Below are positions 57,634 through 64,000 of a stretch of 64,000 nt of DNA, piece by piece; positions within the stretch are counted from its first letter, which is position 1, and each line of letters starts with the position of its first letter. Under the pieces are notes generated by a model. That model worked only from the letters and a program-made list of their open reading frames with translations. It was not told the origin of the DNA and searched no databases. The translations under genes and the position numbers were made by a program. Source of the DNA: Bacteroidales bacterium (GTDB lineage Bacteria > Bacteroidota > Bacteroidia > Bacteroidales > VadinHA17); assembly GCA_963662685.1 (NCBI GenBank), contig OY759745.1, positions 1,745,752 through 1,809,751 on the forward strand. The letters are read 5' to 3'.

Positions 57634-59580
57634 TCAGGAATTTTCTTTTATAAACAGCTCATTGTCGTGCGAGTATTTTGCCCATTTTTCCATCTCATTG
57701 TCTATTTTCTTCTTGAGGTCGTTGTGTTTTACGAACAGTTCACCGGCCCTTTCGGGGGAGAGATTTCCGGTGTTCATTAGCTTCTCAGTCTCCGCTACCT
57801 CTATCTCAAGTTTTTCAATCTTTTTTTCCGCCTCTTCGGCCATACGTTGCATTTTTCTGAGAGTACGGTCGAATTCTTTTTTCTCCAGATATCTTTGTTT
57901 GTTCCCGGATGAGTTTTTTCCAATGCCGTTTTTGACCGCTGGTTCTCTTTTCTCGATTTCCCTTAGGTTCTCCATATTCTTGCTTCGCAGGAAATCATAT
58001 ATCCCCCCCAGATGCTCTTTGACTCTATGGTCGCGGAATTCATATACTTTTTCAATTAAGCCGTCGAGGAAATCCCTGTCGTGCGACACCACTATTACCG
58101 TACCGTCGAATTTTGCTATTGCTTGCTTAAGGATATCCTTGGATCTCATATCCAGATGATTGGTGGGTTCGTCGAGTACCAGCAGGTTGTATGGTTCCAG
58201 CAGTAGCTTGACAAGCGATAGCCGTGACCGCTCCCCTCCTGAGAGAACCTTTACTTTTTTATCTATCTCCTCTCCTCCGAAGAGGAAGGCACCCAGAATA
58301 TCCCTCAACCTGGTTCTTATATCTCCTCTGGCTATTTCATCTATGGTATCAAAGACAGTTTTGTTTTTGTCGAGCAGTTCATCCTGGTTCTGGGCGAAAT
58401 AACCGATCCTGACATTATGGCCTGGTTTTACCTCGCCCTCTTCGTAACCCAGCATACCCAATATTATTTTCGCCAGGGTAGTTTTACCCTCCCCGTTGCG
58501 TCCCACAAAAGCCACTTTTTCTCCTCTGTGGATTTTGAAGTCGACATTTGTCAATACTCTTTTCTGTCCGTAGCTTTTTGATAAGCCGGTTACTTCAACG
58601 ACATTTGTACCTGAGCGGGGTGCGGGGGCAAAGCGCAGGTTCATCGCCGAGAAATCTTCTTCGTCAACCTCCAGTCTTTCCAGTTTATCCAGTTGTTTGA
58701 TCTTCGACTGGACCTGAACGGCTTTTGTTGGTTTATATCTGAATCTCTCGATGAACTTTTCGGCGTCATTTATCATCTTTTGCTGATTCCTGAATGCAGC
58801 CATCTGTTGCTCTCTGCGCTCTTTGCGGAGTTCAACATATTTGCTCCATGAGGCCTTGTAGTCGTATATCTTTCCAAGAGAGATTTCAATGGTCCTGGTT
58901 GTAACGTTATCCAGAAATGCCTTGTCGTGTGACACCAGTACGACAGCTCCCTGATATGTCGCCAAGAAGTATTCCAGCCATTGTATTGATTCTATGTCGA
59001 GATGGTTTGTGGGTTCGTCGAGCAGAAACAAAGCTGGTTTTTTGAGCAGTATCTTGGCCAACTCTACACGCATTCTCCAGCCACCGCTCAGTTCACGGGT
59101 TGGGCGATCGAATTCTTCCCTGTCGAATCCCAGTCCGGTCAATGTCTTTTCTGTCTCTGCCATATAGTTGGCCCCACCAAGTATTCTGTGTCGTTCTTCC
59201 ACTACCGCGAGGTGATCACATAAATCAAGGTAGCTTTCCGATTCGTAATCGGTTCTTGATGCTATCTCCGCGGCACATTTTTCGACCTCTCTGGCCAGTG
59301 TCGTTATCTCACCGAACGCAGACAACACCTCTTTTATCACGCTGGTATTGTCGCTTACGGTCATATTCTGGGGAAGATAACCAATAGTGATCTCTTTGGG
59401 CATGTTGACCGATCCGGATGTTGGGGATTTCAGGCCAGCTATGATTTTTAGCAGGGTAGATTTTCCGGCACCGTTTTTACCTGCCAGTCCAATACGATCC
59501 TGTTCGTTAATGAGAAACGAAATGCCGGACAGAAGGTCAAAACTCCCAAAAGAAACCGTTAAATCCTGAACTGAGACCAT
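57634..59580 (-). CDS. ABC-F family ATPase (two ABC domains plus a C-terminal coiled coil)
   Basis: 648 aa with GKNGAGKST / GRNGEGKTT Walker A motifs, two LSGG signatures and no TM domain. Confidence 0.9.
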   Translation of the reverse strand: MVSVQDLTVSFGSFDLLSGISFLINEQDRIGLAGKNGAGKSTLLKIIAGLKSPTSGSVNMPKEITIGYLPQNMTVSDNTSVIKEVLSAFGEITTLAREVEKCAAEIASRTDYESESYLDLCDHLAVVEERHRILGGANYMAETEKTLTGLGFDREEFDRPTRELSGGWRMRVELAKILLKKPALFLLDEPTNHLDIESIQWLEYFLATYQGAVVLVSHDKAFLDNVTTRTIEISLGKIYDYKASWSKYVELRKERREQQMAAFRNQQKMINDAEKFIERFRYKPTKAVQVQSKIKQLDKLERLEVDEEDFSAMNLRFAPAPRSGTNVVEVTGLSKSYGQKRVLTNVDFKIHRGEKVAFVGRNGEGKTTLAKIILGMLGYEEGEVKPGHNVRIGYFAQNQDELLDKNKTVFDTIDEIARGDIRTRLRDILGAFLFGGEEIDKKVKVLSGGERSRLSLVKLLLEPYNLLVLDEPTNHLDMRSKDILKQAIAKFDGTVIVVSHDRDFLDGLIEKVYEFRDHRVKEHLGGIYDFLRSKNMENLREIEKREPAVKNGIGKNSSGNKQRYLEKKEFDRTLRKMQRMAEEAEKKIEKLEIEVAETEKLMNTGNLSPERAGELFVKHNDLKKKIDNEMEKWAKYSHDNELFIKENS

Positions 59581-59645
59581 AATAGAAAATCAGCGCGAAT
59601 ATATTATTTTCGTTATCTATTCCCAACCATTAAAACACCGGGATA

Positions 59646-60365
59646 TTAAATCCTGTTCTGGATCCAGACGGGTAGGATTTTAATCAGAGCTACGATGAAA
59701 ATCCATCGCCTTGTTACATAGACAACTCTTCTGCTTTTTGTTATCGCTTTGAAAATTTGACTTGCGGCCTTTTCGGCGGAAGTGACCCAAAAATATTTTT
59801 TTTTATCGATCATATCGGTGTCGACGAATCCGGGACAGATATCAGTAATATAAATCGGTAATTTGGCCTTCGCTGTTTTATGCTGTAATCCTTCCAGATA
59901 TTTTATCTGAAAGGATTTGGAGGCGCTGTATGCGAACGATCCGAACCTATGGCCGCGAATACCCGAGATTGATGTGATATCAACAATATGTCCACCTCCA
60001 CTTTTTTTGAAATAATTATATGCCCAGTCTATTATCGCCGTGAAACCGACAACATTAGTATCAATAATCTGTTTATCTATTGAAAAATCCAGTTCATCGT
60101 TCCTGTGTCCTACCCCGGCGCAGTTAACCAGGATATCAAGACCTTCCATTTCGTTCACCAATGCGTTCAGTTGCGCCGGTAACGAGTCGGTATCGTTCAC
60201 ATCAATCTGTTTGGTGAAGTACCTGTCGGGTCTCTCCTGTTTTAACCGGTTCAGCAGGTCGGTCCGTCTGCCGGAGATACCTACGACATATTCGTTTGCC
60301 ACGAACACCCTGGCTAGTTCCCTTCCGATACCCGATGTTGCTCCAATAATAATTACCTTTTTCAC
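59646..60365 (-). CDS. SDR-family oxidoreductase
   Basis: 239 aa with GATSGIGRELA and YSASK motifs. Confidence 0.85.
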   Translation of the reverse strand: MKKVIIIGATSGIGRELARVFVANEYVVGISGRRTDLLNRLKQERPDRYFTKQIDVNDTDSLPAQLNALVNEMEGLDILVNCAGVGHRNDELDFSIDKQIIDTNVVGFTAIIDWAYNYFKKSGGGHIVDITSISGIRGHRFGSFAYSASKSFQIKYLEGLQHKTAKAKLPIYITDICPGFVDTDMIDKKKYFWVTSAEKAASQIFKAITKSRRVVYVTRRWIFIVALIKILPVWIQNRI

Positions 60366-60426
60366 CCGTTAATGATTTTAAGTATTAGATAATGAGCTGA
60401 TTAAAGATATATGGCTCGCTAAATAG

Positions 60427-60888
60427 CTATTCTATATTTATGTCGAGTTGCCTGTCCTCTTCGAGAGCCTTTTTGTCCATTCTCATTCCGACAGCCATGC
60501 CTATTACCAGGCCTAAAGGCAATCCTGTTCCGATAAAGGCCATATTTCCGAAAGTTGTTCCGAACACAATCCCCAGTGGCAGTCCGAATACGGCTAAGCC
60601 AAGCGACATCCAGTAGTTCCGGTAGTAATTTACCGGTACGAGTTTAAGCTCTGTAGCAACTAATTCGACAATTCCCGATATTGACTTATTGATAAGTCTT
60701 CTATAGGCTTTCCCATGATACGGTATACTGTTTATTTTATCAACATCTCTGTTTATGGAGCCTATGATTCTGTCTGTCAGGTTCTTCTTTTTTAATACGT
60801 TTAACAGTTTATCAAGCTGATCATATGCCTTCCGGGTTTTGACACTGTTGTCCGCAACCTGCCTTTGGTTTAACTCGTTAATTTGCAT
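60427..60888 (-). CDS. Hypothetical membrane protein
   Basis: 153 aa: soluble N-terminal half, then two Gly-rich TM helices in the C-terminal half. Confidence 0.45.
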   Translation of the reverse strand: MQINELNQRQVADNSVKTRKAYDQLDKLLNVLKKKNLTDRIIGSINRDVDKINSIPYHGKAYRRLINKSISGIVELVATELKLVPVNYYRNYWMSLGLAVFGLPLGIVFGTTFGNMAFIGTGLPLGLVIGMAVGMRMDKKALEEDRQLDINIE

Positions 60889-60906
60889 ATTGTTGGTTTC
60901 TAGTGT

Positions 60907-60937
60907 AAAAACACCTTCAAGAAAAAACTGGAAGGTG
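60907..60937 (-). terminator. Rho-independent terminator after the DUF1080 gene
   Basis: CACCTTC / GAAGGTG stem followed by TTTTT on the minus strand. Confidence 0.5.
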
Positions 60938-60965
60938 CTTCCAACAGATGAATATCATTTCTTTG

Positions 60966-61757
60966 CTAAAGTTCTCTTATCCAGATATTCCGATAGCTTA
61001 TAGGTGCACTCGGGTCGCCGTGAGACTGCAACAAAATAGGCCCATCACCGTGCGGTGCTACTTTTGGGAATCCCACATACTCTGTTGTTCCTGTTATCGT
61101 CGTGTTGTTCTGTATCACTACTCCGTTATGGATGACAGTGACCGTAGGGTTTGTCCGGTACCTACCCTCTTTGGTGAAGGTTGGCGCTTTATAGATAATG
61201 TCGTAAACGTTCCATTCTCCCGGTTTTCTCATAGCGTTGACAAGGGGAGGAGATTGTTTGTAGATGCTTCCTGCCTGGCCGTTTACATAGGTTTCGCTAT
61301 TATAACTGTCGAGTACCTGTATTTCATATTTGTTCTGCATATAGACGCCACTGTTTCCTCTCGCCTGACTCTCTCCGGTGATATCCGAAGGGATCATCCA
61401 TTCTATATGCAACTGGTAGTCCTTGAAACTCCTCTTTGTCATGATGTCGCCTTTTTGCTTGTTGACGGTCACCACGCCATCGTGCACGTCCCATCCGGCC
61501 TCTCCACCTCTTGATGATTCCCATTCCGAAAGATTTTCGCCGTCGAAAAGAATTATAGCGTCGGACGGAGGCGACATTACCGCGTTACCGGTAAAAGTAC
61601 CCGGTGTTACAATTGGGGGTTTGGGAGTGTAGTATTCCGACATTCCATGGGTCATAGGTTCCGGTTCTGGATATGTTTTTTCCTGTGCGTTAGCGTTAAC
61701 GCTGATCATAAGTGTCGCTAATACCGCGGCAACGAACGAAATATTAGTTTTTTTCAT
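60966..61757 (-). CDS. DUF1080 (3-keto-disaccharide hydrolase-like) secreted protein
   Basis: Start set at MKKTNISFVAAVLATLMISVNANA (ATG at 61757). The 28 upstream codons in the track ORF cover the conserved leader element. Motifs GNSGVYM...YEIQVLD and FRNIWIREL. Confidence 0.8.
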   Translation of the reverse strand: MKKTNISFVAAVLATLMISVNANAQEKTYPEPEPMTHGMSEYYTPKPPIVTPGTFTGNAVMSPPSDAIILFDGENLSEWESSRGGEAGWDVHDGVVTVNKQKGDIMTKRSFKDYQLHIEWMIPSDITGESQARGNSGVYMQNKYEIQVLDSYNSETYVNGQAGSIYKQSPPLVNAMRKPGEWNVYDIIYKAPTFTKEGRYRTNPTVTVIHNGVVIQNNTTITGTTEYVGFPKVAPHGDGPILLQSHGDPSAPISYRNIWIREL

Positions 61758-61789
61758 CTGTTTATTTTTTAATTTGTTTTTAAAGGTCA

Positions 61790-61827
61790 GATGAACCCCG
61801 AAGGGCTCAGTGTAGCTAAATCGCATA
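61790..61827 (-). repeat. Conserved leader element, copy 2 (about 32 nt upstream of the DUF1080 ATG)
   Basis: GATGAACCCCGAAGGGCTCAGTGTAGCTAAATCGCATA. On the minus strand it can form GAGCCC-UUCG-GGGUUC. Confidence 0.6.
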
Positions 61828-62051
61828 GGCATAATAATCATTGCTGTTGGTATGGTAATAATTATTTTGCTTATGCTTATTTCATAAAATTATATGTTTG
61901 TATTTTATAATGTTTTGATAATGTTTTATTCAAATCTGAAGCCCTATAAAATTATCATTTGCGACGATTTTCATTATCAGGATGCCCGAGTACTATAACC
62001 ACACTGCAAATTAGCAAATACAAATTTAGCATTTAATTCGGTTTCCCATAT

Positions 62052-62689
62052 AAAAAATCACTGTTGTCAGATAAAACTTTTTAAAGATAGTTATTATCTA
62101 TAATTATATCAGACATTCAATGTATTAAAGTTTACTCGAACAATTTTATCCAAAGCAAGCCCATCTCAAAAGAGGCTGTATTACACGTTTAGTTTTTCTT
62201 CCCCGATCGTGTTGTTTTCCATGGTTGCGTAAACGGTGTTATCCTTTATCCGGCTGTCCGAGATAAGGTGTCACATATACGCGCAACAGTTTATTGCATA
62301 TAGTGCCAAACACCGATGAGTCCCGTCTCTTGTTGGCGTTGAACAATGTGCTTCGCCGGGGGATATTTCTGAGCTGGAAATGCCTCGTTTTACCCAACAA
62401 CCAGGTCATGGCGCCGGACACTTCCCGTAATGAAGCGAATTTGGCGATAGTACATAACAACATGCTTATAAGATGGTCTTTGGTGGTGAAGCGCTTGACA
62501 TAACGATCGGATTTGTGTTCATTGCTGGCATCAGCTATAATTTTATTGTCGATCAAAGAAATAAGCTGTCCGAAAACCGAATGTCCAAAAAAGTGTGTAC
62601 TTTTATCTATGTGTAATTTATTTTTAGTGAATCAAAACTACACAAAACGCCCTCTGGCTCTTCAAAATTTATCTCGGACAACAGTGATT
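62052..62689 (-). mobile_element. Internally deleted IS remnant bounded by imperfect terminal inverted repeats
   Basis: AATCACTGTTGTC-AGATAAA at 62056-62075 pairs with TTTATCTCGGACAACAGTGATT at 62668-62689. The repeats enclose a truncated transposase ORF. Confidence 0.55.
62239..62556 (-). pseudogene. Truncated transposase, N-terminal about 105 aa (IS4-family-like, DUF4372-type N-terminus)
   Basis: ...DRYVKRFTTKDHLISMLLCTIAKFASLREVSG... resembles the N-terminus of Bacteroidota IS4-type DDE transposases. No DDE domain follows it. Confidence 0.55.
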
Positions 62690-62947
62690 AAAAATATATA
62701 AACAATATGCGTTGACGGTTTTATCATTTTCAATAAATCTAAAACAGATATGATGTGTTTACTATGCGAACCGTACAGCACAAACCTTTAATATTTAATA
62801 TTTGGGCATGTACACTATGATTTATTCGTCAACAAAAAAAAACGGTTAGTCAAAAACATTAGTATCTATACGTAATATTGTAACTGACAGAAATTTTATT
62901 TGTTTACTTTTGAACGTTTATAAAGCTCTGCAAATTTTATTAATCAA

Positions 62948-64000
62948 ATGAACGTGACTTCCGGAATAGTGTTAAAAAATAGGGAAAGGCTTGGTTTTTG
63001 CTTTTTTCTGTTATCGTTATTTTTTCTATTACCCAGTATTTACACAAATTCTTTTGGACAGACCCTTACTGGTTCAATATCACCGTCAGCAATAACGGTT
63101 ACTCAGGGTGATCCTTCGCCGGTAATAACTTTTACTGGAGAAAACGGTACTACTCCATATACTTTTACGTATAGTATTGATCATGGTAGTTCTGAGTCTA
63201 TTTCAACGCCAATTTATGCTTCGGGCAACAAGAAGCTGGTATTTGTACACCATTCTACAGGAGGAGCATTGTTGGCGGACGTAGACAGTTGGCAAGCCAA
63301 CTCAGGAGGACTCGGTTCAGCGTTAATGGATGCTGGTTATTTTGTCAGCGATATATGCTATGGTTGGGATGCCCCATATAATGCAGGTATTGGCTCATTT
63401 ACCGATATCGGACACTGGTACCGATGGTTTGCTGATTATACGATTCAAGCCAACGGGCAATCCAGAAATGATAATATTGTTAACGCCGTTTATACTGAAT
63501 ATGATATGGATTCGTACAATACGGCTAATTATGGCCCATATACAAGGGGAACAGATCCGGATCCTGGTGGTGAAAATGAGATAATCATGATTAAGTCGTG
63601 TTATCCAAACTCAAATATTCTTGCTGATGATGGTTCAACGGTTTCAAGCATATTTTTTCAGGACGCTTATTCGGGAACATATACTGAAAGCAATGTAAGG
63701 GCATTATATAATTTATTATTAGATTATATGAAAGACCATCCGGATAAGATGTTCGTTGTAGTAACGGCTCCTTCTCTTTATACTTATTCTGACATCGATA
63801 ATGCCGCCAGAGCAAGAAGTTTCAATAACTGGCTGGTAACTGAATGGCTTCAATCTCCAGAGAATGATTGGGAAAACAAGAACGTATTTGTATATGACTA
63901 TTTCAATATAATGACGGATTTGGATAATCATCATCAGGTTGAGGGAGGTGTTGTTGTACATCATACAGAAGATGATAGCGGCAATTCGACTTTATTGGAA
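62948..64000 (+). CDS. Hypothetical exported protein, N-terminal 351 codons (open at the window end)
   Basis: Not in the track because there is no stop in the window. ATG at 62948 gives MNVTSGIVLKNRERLGFCFFLLSLFFLLPSIYTNSFGQ..., and I read 351 codons through to position 64000 without a stop. The three track ORFs in 63330-63964 are in other frames. Confidence 0.6.
   Translation, partial: MNVTSGIVLKNRERLGFCFFLLSLFFLLPSIYTNSFGQTLTGSISPSAITVTQGDPSPVITFTGENGTTPYTFTYSIDHGSSESISTPIYASGNKKLVFVHHSTGGALLADVDSWQANSGGLGSALMDAGYFVSDICYGWDAPYNAGIGSFTDIGHWYRWFADYTIQANGQSRNDNIVNAVYTEYDMDSYNTANYGPYTRGTDPDPGGENEIIMIKSCYPNSNILADDGSTVSSIFFQDAYSGTYTESNVRALYNLLLDYMKDHPDKMFVVVTAPSLYTYSDIDNAARARSFNNWLVTEWLQSPENDWENKNVFVYDYFNIMTDLDNHHQVEGGVVVHHTEDDSGNSTLLE

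Noticed and set aside
62294-62701. Plus-strand ORFs (69 and 62 aa) inside the IS remnant
   Set aside because: They are antisense to or flank the transposase stub and have no similarity to known IS accessory proteins.
1-64000. Search by eye for tRNA, rRNA, tmRNA or CRISPR arrays, and for classical defence or toxin-antitoxin gene pairs
   Set aside because: I found no T-arm/anticodon-arm patterns, no rRNA-like conserved blocks and no regularly spaced direct repeats. I recognised no nuclease, methylase, reverse-transcriptase or small toxin-antitoxin pairs. Absence is judged by inspection only and should be confirmed with tRNAscan-SE, Infernal and a CRISPR finder.

Overview
Dense chromosomal segment of about 57 protein genes, almost certainly from an anaerobic Bacteroidota (Bacteroidia-like) genome. 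Support for that origin: TAnnTTTG-type -7 promoter boxes upstream of many genes, no Shine-Dalgarno use, and phylum-typical families (DUF1573, GWxTD, SBBP, DUF1080, SPOR, M64, TlpA/DUF4369). Housekeeping genes are confidently recognisable: uvrA, recA, smpB, miaA, rlmB, lspA, bcp and trxB. The more interesting content is: (i) a thiol/persulfide locus at 1.8-5.9 kb, with a four-domain CoADR-rhodanese-TusA-DsrE fusion, MarR, a lipoprotein thioredoxin and two tiny Cys-motif membrane proteins; (ii) a hydF gene translationally coupled to a divergent aspartase-like lyase at the left edge; (iii) a Crp/Fnr-flanked redox operon at 9.0-12.1 kb (NifX-like, atypical Trx, TrxB, two-domain Grx-like, orphan GroES-like, OsmC); (iv) a minus-strand run of TolC-MacA-MacB, a LytTR two-component system and secreted proteins; (v) a 55-aa 2x[4Fe-4S] ferredoxin that the ORF track misses; (vi) a roughly 37-nt element, identical at 27 of its first 31 positions, sitting about 30 nt upstream of two unrelated genes; (vii) an OmpR-type two-component system divergent from a secreted protein, with three 11-bp-phased GTTAAC repeats between them; (viii) a roughly 640-bp IS remnant with inverted repeats in an AT-rich non-coding stretch near the right edge. 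I recognised no rRNA, tRNA or CRISPR array by eye. I see no canonical phage-defence system. The most novel-looking candidates are the sulfur-relay locus and the conserved leader element. All functional calls rest on motif recognition from the translations, not on database searches.
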